Assembly: GCA_964016885.1 (NCBI GenBank)
Contig: OZ024748.1
Span: forward strand, 46,748,001-46,812,000
Origin: Eledone cirrhosa
Lineage: Eukaryota
Direction: 5' to 3'
DNA length: 64,000 nucleotides
In this document: positions 13,870 to 29,764 of the stretch, one piece after another
Numbering within the stretch: the stretch's first letter is position 1
Layout: each line of letters opens with the position of its first letter
Notes under the pieces: model-generated
The model's input: the letters and a program-made list of their open reading frames with translations, nothing else
Database searches by the model: none
What the model was told of the DNA's origin: nothing
Translations under genes and position numbers: made by a program

Positions 13870-15464
13870 TTTACCACACTAATGTACGTATATACATATA
13901 TACACATATACACAAACGCACAGTTCTATAGTAGTATTGAATATTATTCTGTGTGTTGAAAATAGGCATGTAGTTTGTTACGATTGTGTTAGCATATGTA
14001 CATCTCTATCATTTATTTATCAAACTATATATATGTATGTATTTATCGTTTATCAATTTATATTTGTATACATCCATTTGGCTATTTATCATAGGCCCCA
14101 CTCTCTCTCGTTATATTTTGGTCACACAGACTCTCTCTCACCATAAACATATATATGTATATAAAGGGTCTATCTGTGTACGAACTTGTATAGGTGTCTC
14201 TAGTAATGCATGGCCATCTGTGTGTGTGTGTGCATGTGTAAATACATACATACATAGATAGGCACATGCATATATAGATACATGCACACACACATACATA
14301 TTCATACACACATACACACATAAAGACATATACATATACATATTTACACATACATCCATAAATACATGTATACAGACTCACACATATATAGATACATACA
14401 ACCACACATAAAAAGACAAACACACATATACATTCATAGATACATACACACAGCCAAAACACACACACATACATACATAGATACATAGATACATACATAC
14501 ACACACATGTGCATACATACATACATACATACATACATACATACATACATACATACACACAGACAAACACACACACACACATACATAGATACATACATAC
14601 ACACACATATGCATACATAGATACATACATAAACACATACAAAGACACACCCACGTATACATACATAGATACACACACACATATACATAGATAGGTACAC
14701 ACATACAAAACAAAGACACACACACATATACATGCATAGATAGATACACAGATACATACAAAGACCAGACACACATATACATACATACCATAATACACGA
14801 AGCGCCATGTTAAACTGCTCACTCTATAAGACCTTGCCTAAACATGTCAGCGAAGTCGAGAAGACGTTGTCAGCCATATTATAACAGTTGATTACTTTTT
14901 CCATCCAACAGCCCGGACAACTGATTAAATATAATATGGCCGACAATTTCTACTCTTCTTAATTCCATTCATGCTATATAATCTCTTTGATATTCTAGCA
15001 TGAAACAAAAGATAAAATATCTGCCCAATGGACCGTTCATATATATAAAAACCCCATCATAACACTCTTCATTTAATACTGTTTTTACTCACCGTTGGGA
15101 TCATATTCGCTTTGTTTATAGTTTTTATTTGGTAAAATTTCTGTGTTTATGTGTTTATTTTCTTTGTATTATATAACGCGTTAGTTATTTTGTTCGTTTC
15201 CTGTTGCTTGTTGTATCCCTTTTCTCTTTTTCTACCTGATATCGTATGTATTTTTCATATTATTTTTAAACAGCGTTATCTCATCGTCGTTTGATTTTTC
15301 GGTTAAATGCCACCTATTTATCTCTACTTCTGCCTCTATTTCTCTGTATGTGTGTGTATGTATATGCATACAGACACACACACATGTAAACTCACACACA
15401 CACACATGTATACTCACACACACACACATGTATACTCACACACACACTCACATATACACACACA

Positions 15465-15525
<61 letters not shown>

Positions 15526-15542
15526 TATATATATATATATGA

Positions 15543-15572
<30 letters not shown>

Positions 15573-15573
<1 letters not shown>

Positions 15574-15643
15574 AGCGTGTCCCAAAAACGTATACACACT
15601 AACATCATTCTAATAAGTGTGTATACATTTTGGGGACACCCTG
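15573..15643. mobile_element. Tiny MITE with Tc1/mariner-like TIRs
   Basis: tagcgtgtcccaaaaacgtatacacact ... agtgtgtatacattttggggacaccctg; TIRs of about 28 bp resembling CAGGGTGTCCC ends, in TA context. Confidence 0.6.
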
Positions 15644-15771
15644 TTTATATACATACACACAGACGCACACACATACATATATATATACACACATATATAC
15701 ATATACTCACACATACATATATATATATATAATACATTAATAAATAGAAAATATATTTATAAAACCATATT

Positions 15772-15837
15772 TATTTTATTATATATATTTCAAGGGCAAC
15801 CAAGGCAAATTATGGTGCGCTTTCATCAGATAAAATA
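15772..15837 (-). ncRNA. Type I HHR (left arm)
   Basis: Mirror copy of 15995-16060. Confidence 0.75.
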
Positions 15838-15994
15838 CAGATTTGTTTTATAAATAAATATTGACGTACCCGGAAAAAAAGACAACCTTAACGGTTGGAG
15901 CTTCCTGGATTATTCCTGGACTATCCAGGAAGTTCCAACCGTTAAGGTTGTATTTTTTCCGGGTATGTCAATATTTATTTATAAAACAAATCTC

Positions 15995-16060
15995 TATTTT
16001 ATCTGATGAAAGCGCACCATAATTTTCCTTGGTTGCCCTTGAAATATATATAATAAAATA
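15995..16060 (+). ncRNA. Type I HHR with (AU)4 palindromic stem III
   Basis: tattttat-CTGATGA-aag cgcacca...tggttgc c ctt-GAA-atatatat-A-ataaaata; 8-bp stem I, AUA site, cleavage after 16052. Confidence 0.8.
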
Positions 16061-16234
16061 AATATGGTTTTATAAATATATTTTCTATTTATTAATATAT
16101 TGTGTATTTACTCCACTAACCTATTGAGTGCTTTATATCAGTTATAAAAAGTTTAAGCTTGTTGAATCCCAACAAATTAAATATAACCTCTGCATATATA
16201 TGCAACGTTTTTTTAAATATACACTTCTGCGTTC

Positions 16235-16310
16235 ACAGATTGACTTTGTTAGTTTCAGAGGATCTCGTTAAAGGTGAAAGCAGCGATCCTTTGCGTAAAC
16301 GTTAATCCGT
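16235..16310 (+). ncRNA. HHR-like motif of the CAGAAGA-core family (diverged copy)
   Basis: acagattgactttgttagttt-CAGAGGA-tctcgttaaaggt-GAAA-gca...tgc; homologous to 53063-53137. Confidence 0.55.
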
Positions 16311-16519
16311 TATTTTAATAAATATATATATATAATCACCATTCTTTCTGTTTCTGCCTCTCTTTGTATCTCCGTCTGTCCGTCTGTCACTGTATCCCTG
16401 TTTCTGTTTATACATCCACGCTTCCTCCCATCTCCTCACTGTATCTCTCTCATGGTCGGTAAACCGCAAATAAAACATTTGCTTAAACCAAACAACAGAT
16501 AAATGTATTTCTTTCATAG

Positions 16520-17585
<1,066 letters not shown>

Positions 17586-19226
17586 CTAATGTTACCATGT
17601 TGTGTTTTGTTTGGTTGTGGTTGTTTTTTTTGTGTGTGTGTGTTTATTTTTATTGTCGTTATTGCCATCATTTCGGATGTCGTTCTTATTTATAAATCAT
17701 TATAACAACTACTATTGTTAAAACACAGAATACCAATAACTCTACTACTACTATTAATGATAGCAATATTATTAATAATATTAATAATAATAACAATAAT
17801 AATAATAGTAATAATAATATTGAAATTAATAACAATAATAATGATAGTAAAATGATAGTAATAATAAAAATAACAATGATTATTATTATTTTGTTATCAA
17901 TATTACTAATGTTGTTATTATTATTTTCTTATCGTTTGATATATACTTGGTGTACTTTTTCTAGTTTCTGTTTGATTTGATTTTATTCGTTTCTATCAAG
18001 ATTTATTATGTTTGCTAGTGTCTCTATTTTTTTTTGTCTCTAAAAAAACGAGCTTTGTCAATATACAAAAATGTTATTAGTATAATAGTGCATTATCAAT
18101 ACGAATGAGCATTATCAGTATCAATTATTTTTACTGTTTCAAGAAAGGAAGAAAGTCAGTACAGTACCCATGACAAGTTACAACGCCTTACATGGTTGGT
18201 AGGAAGTAGTTACCATCCATATGCAAACCTGAAATGAATGCTTGTATAAGAGAGTACTCCACTAAATGAGGCTAAGGTCCAGATGATGCGGTGTTAAACT
18301 AGACGACCTATTATGTCAAACAGCTAAAAACTCAGTAACTTAAAGAGTCGACACAAAGTACCCAAAATTTCTCATATGATGTTCTAACTATCCCCACCAA
18401 TCTTCAGCTCTGGCTGGTACTATATTTTATAGAGACTGAAGAGATCGATGACAAAACTGGATTTCAGTGATATTTGAACACACAATACAGAGAAACGGAA
18501 TAAGTAATGCAAAAGTTCCTGTCTAAATTTCTTACAATTTGCCCAATACAACGCCCTACAAGGGTACATTATTCTTTTGACACCGGGTGCATGGAAGGTA
18601 AAATGTGACCTCTGAATTATTTGAATATACCACACAATGAACCGAAATAAATAATAATGAATAATGCAAAAACATCTCCTCTGATATTCTTACAATTTAC
18701 ATAATACATCACCCTAAATGAGTACTTTATTATATCAAGCTCGAGAGGATGAAAATCAAAATTGATCGTGGTGAGATTGCATCTGAGAGATCCATGATAT
18801 AGCACAGGCCATTTAATCCAACGATCTAATGAATATGCCAAAAATCTGTGAATATTTCCATCAGTTTGAAATAGGTGACTCACCTATCTCTCTATACTCC
18901 TTCATTACCACAACGAAACCAACATATCCGCTTCATTCGTCTGGCGTTCGAGCAAACGTGGGTCTTCTCTCTTGACATGTTTGTACGAGTGGCACGATTT
19001 TAGCCGTCAATTACCTACTAATCACACCCTATCATAAAATACAAAGAATATGCACATTGTACAATATATAAACATAAGTTGCAGTTTCCACCAAAGAATA
19101 TATCCTCAAGATATCTTTGAACCCAGAGGAATAATTGTAAAACAAAGGGACACAATTTTGAGAGGAATCGAAACCGGAGCCATGAAGTTCAGAAGTAAAC
19201 TTTAAAACTACAGACTCATGTCATAA

Positions 19227-19405
19227 TAATTGATTCTACGTTGGGCACAAGGCCAGCAATTAACCAGTGCATTACTGGTACTTTATTTTGTCGACCTCGT
19301 AAGGATGAAAGGCAAAGTCAACCTCGGCGGGATTTGAACTCAGATCGTAAAGGGACGTAACTATGCTGGAAAGCATGGCGTACGACCCTCTACCGATTCT
19401 GCCAA
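19227..19405 (-). mobile_element. tRNA-derived SINE
   Basis: Minus strand has A-box-like tggcagaatcggtag, B-box gagttcaaatccc and core gcctttcatcc...ggtcga..aaataaagtaccag; close copies at 33650-33830 and 35234-35423. Confidence 0.85.
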
Positions 19406-19418
19406 TAATATCATATAC

Positions 19419-19451
<33 letters not shown>

Positions 19452-19454
19452 TGT

Positions 19455-20805
19455 TCTTCTGGTTTTATAATTTCACAAACGTTTACCAATAGAGAGAGAG
19501 TCGGTTTCTAACATAGACACAAGACTCTCTCATTGGAATTTACACAACATCAACTAGGTAGATATGTATGTATGCATGTGTAGATATGGATGTTATTGTA
19601 TGTGTTTGATGTGGATGTTTTGAGTTCTATGTGTGCATATGTATATGCTTTGTATCTGTACATGTGTATATGCAGTTATTAGATGCAACATTTTTTGAAT
19701 GTTTTACATATTTTTACTGTTCCAATAAGGGATTGTACTTGTAATTTCCTAACTAGTTGTGTTCTTTCTGTTCCTGTGAAGCCTAGCTTCTCAAGATTTG
19801 TATTGAGGCAGTTACTAACATATCCCAGTGCCCCAATAATCACAGGCATAAATATGAAGGTGTAACCAGGGTGGAGTATCTGCAGATTTCTCATCAGTTC
19901 TGCATAAATATTCTCCTTTTCGCTAATCTTTGATATTATATTGGCATCTGCTGTGCAGCTAATTTCCACTACTCTGGATGTTTTCTGCTCCCTGTCCCAT
20001 ATCATAATATCTGGTCTGTCATGCCTGCATTTTATTGGGGTTTTTACTGGAACATTCCACCAGTACTCTTTCATATTATGTACATGGATGTCTTCCACAT
20101 TGTTGTAGCTTTTAACGTGTTTATTATCGGAGCTATCTTTTTTATGAACTGCGTTGTACAGTGTTTTGGCCACTACATCATGCCTCATATGTAGATAGTG
20201 CGGCGATGACATCTTTGGACAGCTGCTGATGACATGGGTGATATCCTCGATGTTAGTTCTGCAGAGTCTGCACTTGTTGTCACATCTAGGTGTTTTGCCT
20301 GCATCCCTATCTCTTTTGTGAATCAGGTATTTCGTGCTAATCTCCTGTTCCTGGATTGCAAAAGCGTATCCTTCAAAGTGGGAGCCAATATAGCAGTTGT
20401 TGATCCAAGATAGACTACTTTCCTTATCTATATTACTCTCACTCTGGAACTTCCTGGCAACATATCCATGCATGATTTTTTGCTGATAGGCATGCAGTTT
20501 TTCATCCATGGATTCACTGCGATACTGCTGAGCGACATCCCTGGGTGTGAGTTTTTGATTATCACACAGGGAATATATCCCAAGGAGTCCCTTCCCAACT
20601 CTCATGATCTTATGTGTTTCATGCAGATAGACTTGCTCCAGAAACGGCCTCCTACGCTTCGAGGTTCGTAGATGTTGTCGGAGAGATATGATGCGACATT
20701 CAAATGTTGTCTGGACTGATGTTAGGCCTCTGCCTCCCTGCTTACGTTTCAAGTAAAGGCGGTCTATGTCACTGTTGATGTGGAAGTTTCCGGTGTTGTT
20801 CAGTA
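19455..20805 (-). mobile_element. 5'-truncated R4/Dong-like RLE non-LTR retrotransposon in a (TATG)n microsatellite
   Basis: ORF 19679-20752 has the CCHC knuckle CRLCRTNIEDITHVISSC, RHD and the PD..D endonuclease motif RPDIMIWD...VEIS; 3' UTR hairpin; TATG repeats on both flanks. Confidence 0.9.
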
Positions 20806-21564
20806 TGTATGTGTGTATGTATGTGTGTATGTGTGTATGTATGTGTGTGTGTATATATATATGGTATGTATATATGGTACTTGTGTGATAGAGAGAAAGA
20901 GCTTATTTGAGAATAATACTCTTTAAATCCTTCCAATCTCTTAATGCATTATATCTATATTAGTATTTATATCTATATTAGTATTTATATATGTTCTCAA
21001 ATGCACCAAATCCTACACATGCACCTATTCTCACGAGCACACGCAATAGTATACACACACACACACAATCCTATACATACATACACACACACACGTAATC
21101 CTATTCATACACATACACACAATCCTATATATGCATATATATATATACACACATACACATAATCCCATGCATATATACACATGCACACAATCCTATACAT
21201 ACATACATATATATATACATACACACAATCCTATACATATATATACACACACACGCAAACCTATACATATACACACACACACGTATATATATATAAATAT
21301 ATATATATGTAATAATATATAATAATATGTATACAATAATATATATATATAATAAAATATATAAATATAATAATAATATATATATGTATATTAATAAGTA
21401 TTATATGCATATATATATATATATATATATATACGCATATATATATACATATATATATATATACATATATATATGTCCCATTAAAGTAACATAAATATAC
21501 TTTTCACCATAGAAATATTCTGAATATGGATGCAATTAAATATATGTTAACGAATATAGAATAC

Positions 21565-22335
<771 letters not shown>

Positions 22336-22342
22336 TGTGCGG

Positions 22343-22444
22343 GTCTGTATGTCTCTGTACATGTGTGTATGAATATATATATATATATTCCAGTATGCGT
22401 GTACATCTATATGTATCTGTATGTCTCTGTACATGTGTCTATGA

Positions 22445-22508
<64 letters not shown>

Positions 22509-22690
22509 CAGTGAGCGTGTATATCTATATGTATCTGTATGTCTCTGTACATGTGTCTATGAGTATATATATATATATATATATATTCCAGTATGCGTGT
22601 ATATCTATATGTATCTGTATGTCTGCTTACATGTGTGTATGAGTATATATATATATATATATTCCAGTATGCGTGTATATCTAAATGTAG
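22343..22690. repeat. Tandem repeat (about 4 units) with an embedded variable-length (TA)n
   Basis: ctgtatgtctctgtacatgtgt(c/g)tatgag(ta)n ttccagtatgcgtgtatatctatatgtat repeated. Confidence 0.85.
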
Positions 22691-22996
22691 TTCTGTCTTT
22701 ATCATAGTTGTAGTAGTAAAAAAATCAATTTAATAATCCAATAAGTGAATGTAATACAAGCTTAGTGTGTCTATTTTAGTGGAACCCACAGGGACTTAGT
22801 TGTAAGTATTTCCTACTATTTATTAATGGGATGGCGGTAGTATTGAGTGAGGAGCTGTACGAGGGGTGGAGTTGTTGGGAGGGAAATTAACACACATATA
22901 CACACACTTAAATATAAATATATATATATATATAAACACACACACATACACACACACATATATATATATATATATATGCACGCGCATATACACCCA

Positions 22997-23049
<53 letters not shown>

Positions 23050-23150
23050 TCACATATACACACACACACATATATATAATACACACTCACATATAGACAC
23101 ACTGATATACTCACACACACATATATATATATAGTCACACATACAGAGGT

Positions 23151-23234
<84 letters not shown>

Positions 23235-23505
23235 AAACAAGTAGAGATAGACAGATAGTCGTAATGAGGAAGCCTGAGAGAACAAAAATAATGTTCACTG
23301 AAGTTTGAGACTGATTTATATATATATTTATATATATATTATAAAACTATATATAGACATTCATGTATATGAACGCATGTATATATAATAATAATTGCGT
23401 GTGTAGAGGGAAGGGAGATAAACTGTGTGGCTGTAGGTTTAGAAAATGAGAGAGATGATAAAGACAATGCGATGAATATCAACAGTCAGATATGTAGACA
23501 AGTAG

Positions 23506-23569
<64 letters not shown>

Positions 23570-23585
23570 CCATAAATATATTTAC

Positions 23586-23626
<41 letters not shown>

Positions 23627-23684
23627 TGTGCGTGCATGAGTTTGTTTAGATAGACCAAGCGAGACAAGCAGGCAGGAGTAGAGA

Positions 23685-23786
<102 letters not shown>

Positions 23787-24329
23787 GTGATTAAGACTTT
23801 GGGGGAGGGAGGTGAGAGGAAAAATCTAATTCTAGAAATTGATCACATGGAATGTCCAACTGGTGATGTTATTACTTCTGTAAACATTAGAAGTTTGTCC
23901 TGTCTTGGAGGAAAATCCTCAGGAGATTCCACCAAACTTTGCCAACCCTCTACTACCTAATCTGCCATGGAAATAGATGTCCGTATGAGAAGGAAATATA
24001 AAGATAATTAAAATATATCATCAGTTAAATAAAGGAGATTGTAGTTGATAAATGATGATAATGAAACATGATATATAAAATACGATGTTGCATGTTTGTT
24101 AAGTGATGAGTTTCATGTCTCATGAAGCGATTTTCATCGTCCTGGTTTCAATCCAGGCTTAATTGATATTACTTTCTCTTCTTATATTAGGGAATAAACA
24201 TTAGAATATGAGAATACGTTACTATATTCCTGTTTCTATCTTCTTTAAGGACTTAAGTGATGAAAGCATCAACGATAGATATCAGATCTGTTTACGGGTG
24301 TCATGCAAGAAATAGTGTTTTTTGATAGT

Positions 24330-24569
24330 GTTTTATTCATAGAAAATACACCCGAATAAATGACATCCTGTCACTCATAGTCACCACCCGGTTGGTTTTG
24401 CTCGTAAAATATCTCCTGCGATTATTTCCTTAGATATTTTGACAACATGTTTGTAGTATTAGAACTGTGATCTGCCGTTCTAACTGGATTGTTTCCCTGA
24501 TCTCCGATGTACGCACTCAATTGAGTAACGTTGGAAGGTAGCACATTTCGGTCGCTTGCATTCACGACC

Positions 24570-24572
<3 letters not shown>
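24330..24572 (-). pseudogene. Possible decayed Penelope-like GIY-YIG endonuclease remnant
   Basis: Minus strand reads ECKRPKCATF...YSIEC, then after a frameshift AYIGDQGNNPVRTADH; resembles the Cys linker plus IY.I.C...YIG.T...R...H. Confidence 0.35.
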
Positions 24573-24623
<51 letters not shown>

Positions 24624-24710
24624 CACTCTACTATCCCATGTATCGAGTACTCTTATGAATAATGCTCACACTAGTTTAAATATGATAAAATACTGATCTC
24701 TCGGTCTCTG

Positions 24711-24745
<35 letters not shown>

Positions 24746-24817
24746 GGAACCAGTAAGACCCCGACGGCTGAGCTCAAGCCGTTTCAAGAAACGTCCTCAT
24801 TCGTTCATCAGACAACA

Positions 24818-24895
24818 AATTGCCTTGTCTGACGAACAAATGAGGACGTTTCTTGTATTCGTCTTATTCGGGAAACCTCTGGTAATGAGGTAATT
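24818..24895 (+). ncRNA. Type I HHR with degenerate stem II
   Basis: aattgccttgt-CTGACGA-...-GAA-acc tct ggt-A-atgaggtaatt; 11-bp stem I with wobbles; inverted partial copy at 24785-24815. Confidence 0.6.
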
Positions 24896-24916
24896 ATATT
24901 GTATTGTTTATTATAC

Positions 24917-24983
<67 letters not shown>

Positions 24984-25094
24984 TTTTTGAAGGACTACTA
25001 GCTTTTCAAATTTAGCTGTCCTTTCAGCACTGACGGGGACCATCACTAATTTATTAATATCCATGTAGTTTTTTATATCGATATTGAATGCGCA

Positions 25095-25217
25095 TCCACT
25101 GATGAGTTATAAGGGCCCGCTTGTGTGTATATCTATGGATTATATACAAGTTTCTACATAACCTGGACATTATTTATCCCAAATTATAGAAATCTGATAA
25201 CGAAACGATCGTATGGA
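25095..25217 (+). ncRNA. Type I HHR with a long (about 95 nt) stem II insert
   Basis: tcca-CTGATGA-gttat...ataac-GAA-acgatcgt-A-tgga; palindromic stem III, cleavage after 25213; lies in island 24981-25400 flanked by TA. Confidence 0.75.
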
Positions 25218-26149
25218 AGGAAAGAGAGATTTCTTTAATTATGTCTCATATAAAATAATACAACCAGCTCTCCACGGAATACTGTATAGTTAGCACCCCA
25301 AACACTAAATTGGGATTATACTTAGGTATATCCTAATGTTTGTTGAATGAGATGGAGTTGGTCAGAGTATCGCTTAAGCTGTCTCTGTTTATATATTGAA
25401 TATATATATATGCATATAGTTACCAACCAGAACCATTAGTTCTACCCATTGGTAATCAGACTAACTTAAATGTGATATGTATGTATGTATGTATATTTCG
25501 GACACTTGTAATCTGACTTCATAGTATATATGTTAAATATTGACATACATGTGTATATACTAGTGTATGTTTAAGGCATATTTCTCTATAATTCAATTAT
25601 ATTTGTTTAGGCACTTTTTAGATCATATTCCTGTATTATTAAATTATGTGTATTTAAATAAATTTAAATTTAATTTCTGTATTATTAAATTATATATATT
25701 TAAGTATATATAAATTGTATTTATTTCTAACGTCTGTAAAAAACAAAATTGTTCTTGAAAGAAATTCATTGAAATTCATAGTTGTTGATTTTGAAGTTGT
25801 GGTCAGGCCACAACTCTGTCTTGATTGGGCAGACCTATGATCAAAGGTTTTACAGTTATGACGAGCGTACAGCACATAGTGTATTGGACAGAATGTGGTA
25901 CCATGCTAAGTAGTTAAAAAGTTCACTTAGCATCTATGAATCAATTGTTCCGACGTAATTCTTTGTCTGGCTCTCAAAACATAATGTACTTGGCGGAGCC
26001 TATCATCAAACGCGGTACGCTGTAATCATACCATGTCTAGATATTCAAACATTCCCAAACGCTCATTCAGCCTGTTTCAGACTCCGCATGATTATAAGAT
26101 GTTCTTCTCCATTTTGATCACCAACAGCAGAGTTTAAAGATAAATTAAA

Positions 26150-26600
26150 TAGATAGATGATGGCTGCAAACTTTGCTAACAGTATTGCATTCGCTTGTCA
26201 GATTCAGATGCGTGACGCTAGGATATGGTTTTCCAAGCCTGCTAGAGACTTGCACACCTCACATTGATGACAATTATGGTTCTCCCTGGCATCATGTCTT
26301 GCATCAGGTTGCCTGTGTACCTTCCCAATACCGTGGAGATCATAGTTCACCGGTTCTCTTTGAACATGGTTGCGACTCAGGCTTCTGAGACCAGATTTGC
26401 TCAAGCAAATTTTTCCACACTCAGGGCACTTCAATTCAATGGAGACACCGATCGTTTCAAGAGATACACCAGGGCATTGCTTACGCACATCCCGTTTGAT
26501 CTTCTCATGCTCTATGTGTCTGTCCTCAAAATCATGAACCCCATCATACACCATTCCACGCCATTCACCATTACAGATAGATACATACAAACAAGACCTA
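26150..26600 (-). mobile_element. RTE (BovB-like) LINE 3' fragment
   Basis: GEWRGMVYDGVHDFEDRHIEHEKIKRDVRK...CPECGKICLSKSGLRS resembles the RTE ORF2 C-terminus with a C2H2-like finger. Confidence 0.7.
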
Positions 26601-27541
26601 ATTCGGTGAAATAATGTTAAATTAAAAAGCGCCATCTTCCTTATTTGACAGCTGTAGGTATTTCCTAACCTGTCAACTATTCTTTATTATTTCCGTGACC
26701 AAAACACTTTGTTCTAAACTTAAGATTTCACCTATCTGTCAATTAGTACCACGTGGTTGTAAATTGGACAAATGATGGAATGGCAAGAAAATCTAATATA
26801 TCTTCAGTTTCCCCGGTTTGTTGACTAGTTTCTACAGATTGTTCGGTAGGTATATATATATGATGATGATGATGATGATGATGATAATGGAGGTATTATT
26901 GTTGTTGGTGATGATGTGTGTGAAGTAGGAGGAAGATGATAAAGGCGGTCATAATGATGAACAGGAGGTCATAGACGATGATGAGATTAATGATGTTGAG
27001 GGGGTAGGTAGGATTGGAATGAGGAGGAAGGGGAGGGGGGAGTAGGATGAGGAGGATGAGGAGAAGGGTGAGATGGAGGAGGGGTGGTTGAAGAGATGGA
27101 TGAAGGTGAGGAACAGGGTGAGGCGGAGGATGTGGTGGATTGGACGATGATGAGGGGGAAAATCCTATCTCAACCCTTAGTATTCTCAGAGCTCATATAA
27201 CATCAAACAGCACATTAATATTGTGAGTTCATAGGTAATCTATAAATAAGATTAAATACAGTACTCAATACAGTACTCAATACAGTAGTTATGTAGAGTT
27301 TATATTTCTTCGCTGAACAGTTGACTTGTAGGTCAATTCCCTGTTTCAAACTATGTCATGTTGAACCACAAGAAAGAAATAGTCAACAACGAATTATATA
27401 CATATACAGACTAATGATGTGTTTCAATGGCGGACTGAAACAAAGGCCATGAGCTTGAATGGCGTACATTTTAACTACATTACATGCATGTGAGTGCACG
27501 TATGCACAGACACATATATCTGTGTGTGCGTGCGGGGTATG

Positions 27542-27593
<52 letters not shown>

Positions 27594-27814
27594 AATAATA
27601 TTAAGAAAAATGGTGTGCTTACATAAAAAATGTATTCTTTATAATTATTCTATGGCGACTCATATGCGATTCAAGATACAGTATTTACATTTGTTGCAGG
27701 TATGGGTGCGACTTATACATACATATATACATATAATATAAAGAAAGTTTCATAGAGTTAACGTATGTATATATATATATATTTACACGTGTGTATGGAT
27801 TTTTATATCATCAA

Positions 27815-27848
<34 letters not shown>

Positions 27849-27911
27849 CATACATAACTTGGTGATACGCAAAGCCATACATAGGTACCATACATATCAT
27901 ATATATATATG

Positions 27912-28890
27912 TATATAGAATTCACATGAATCAAAGTTCTGTTCAAACCATTTATTAGCTTACAATTGTTTCATCCAAACCAAGGTTTGGATTCTTCGGA
28001 GCAATTTTTCAATGATTGTTTACATACATGACCTCCTTTCCAACACAAGAGACATACAGATACATATGTATATATCGATGCACACTGGGGTGACATCCAT
28101 TATAATATTTTTGCAGGGTAATTTAAATTCAAAAATTAAAATCATATTAAAACAGCAAAATTAAAGTTAAAATACAACATCGGCAGTTTACGTAGATAAT
28201 GCAAGAGGATAGTTTGTTAGTCAGTTGAAGTAGTTAGTGCATGCAATAGTTACACGTGGGGCATGCACGTGTGTCTTATTTATATAAGATTATTGTGCGG
28301 CAAGGTGTTATATGCAATACAAGTACTTTAAGCGGGTAATCAAGAGTATTATGGAGGTTGTAGTGGTAAAGTATTATGTGCAGAGAAATATTATAAATGA
28401 GAAGCAAAATAATGTTATGGTTTTTGTATACACCAGCATTTTCACAATTCAGGAAAGGTAGTATAAGTTTATATGTCCTTCACATAATTAACGATGATTC
28501 AGTATTGGATGTTTGATGTATTAAGTTAAATTATTACAGCTTGTTGCGGCTCAGTGTTCTTTAATCCAATTTTATAGAGCAGGTTGGTTTAGTTGCGAGA
28601 ATTTACATCGTTTTATTTTCCGGAAGTATGTGTGTGATTAAGGGGACAAATTGCTCCGAAAAATCCAAACCTCGGTTTGGATGAAACAATTGTAAGCTAA
28701 TAAATGGTTTGAACAGAACTTTGATTCATGTGAATTCTATATAACTGCTCTGTAGAACAACTGATGTTATTACATTGAGCTATTTATCTTACTGGTAATA
28801 AGGTAGTAATAAATTACTGTCTTTCACTGTTTAGGGTTTAAAATATATATAACTATAAAAAGTTTTAGTATATACATAACCATAAATAGT
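27912..28890 (+). mobile_element. Penelope-like remnant with inverted arms (27912-28007 and 28648-28743), each containing an HHR
   Basis: Near-perfect inverted repeat of about 95 bp; TA tracts at both outer ends. Confidence 0.75.
27954..28005 (-). ncRNA. HHR variant with CCGAAGA core (second copy at 28650-28701 + has CCGAAAA)
   Basis: gct-CCGAAGA-atccaaac cttg gtttggat-GAA-acaattgt-A-agc; 8-bp stem II, palindromic stem III, GUA site. Confidence 0.7.
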
Positions 28891-29764
28891 ATCGTTAATA
28901 CTATATATATATATACATATACAGATGATACATATATCCATACACCCAGGTATGTGTGTGCATATTCATACGTGTGTGTTTATGTGTGTATGTGTATGTT
29001 TATACGTGTACAAATTAGTTGTTTCATTCTGCGAGTAGAAAGTTATTAGAAAGTAGGAAGCTATGAAAGTATTCTAAATAGTATAAATTTCTATATTTCT
29101 ATATATATATATGTCTATATATTTTATTATCTGGAAAACATCAGCAATATGTTTGGCTGGTTTATAATCACTTGAAGAGAAGAAAATAATAAAATAAAAG
29201 AGAGAAATTTTGCTGGAATATCCAATAATTTCTTGTGTTCTAAACAACGTGTCCATTATCTTCAGTCAAAGAAGTTAAGTTATTGTGTGCTTTAGATGAA
29301 CTAAGTTTTATATATGTTTTGTTATATTTTGCTGGCTTTTTCTCGCTTTTTGTTCTTTCGTTTTTATGGGGTTAGTATATATTTTTCACGGTATTTTTTT
29401 TTTTGTTTGTGTATGTGTGTTAGTGTGTGTGTCGCTGTGTGTATGTGGTTGTGTGTCGCTGTGTGTGTGCCTGTGTGTGTGTGTGTCAGTTAGTGTGTGG
29501 TTGTGTCTGATTGTGTGCATGTCTGCATGTGTGTGTCAGCTCGCGTTGGTTGTTTGGGTGGTTATGTTTGGTTGGCTGGTTTGGTGTTGATGGTGTTGTT
29601 GTTGGTGGTGGTTTGGTGGTAGTGTTTGTGGTGTTGGTGGTGGTGGCTGTGGTGTTGTTGTTGTTGGTTCTGCATCTTTTCTACTTCAGATAAATCATAT
29701 ACATCACAAATTATAATGCTTGAACAGAGTACAGACAATGCAATATGACTTATTTCTGTAAATG

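Larger units (their letters stand above)
15731..16101. repeat. Long fold-back palindrome (arms about 180 bp, 12-nt spacer) carrying two opposed HHRs
   Basis: 15731-15910 is a near-perfect reverse complement of 15923-16101. Confidence 0.95.

Noticed and set aside
23830-23990. Short open frames (KLITWNVQ; IDHMECPTG...)
   Set aside because: Too short, no continuing domain, and the 3' part resembles a SINE/LINE tail
26204-26635. Host C2H2 zinc-finger gene
   Set aside because: Context matches an RTE LINE C-terminus and the finger residues are decayed
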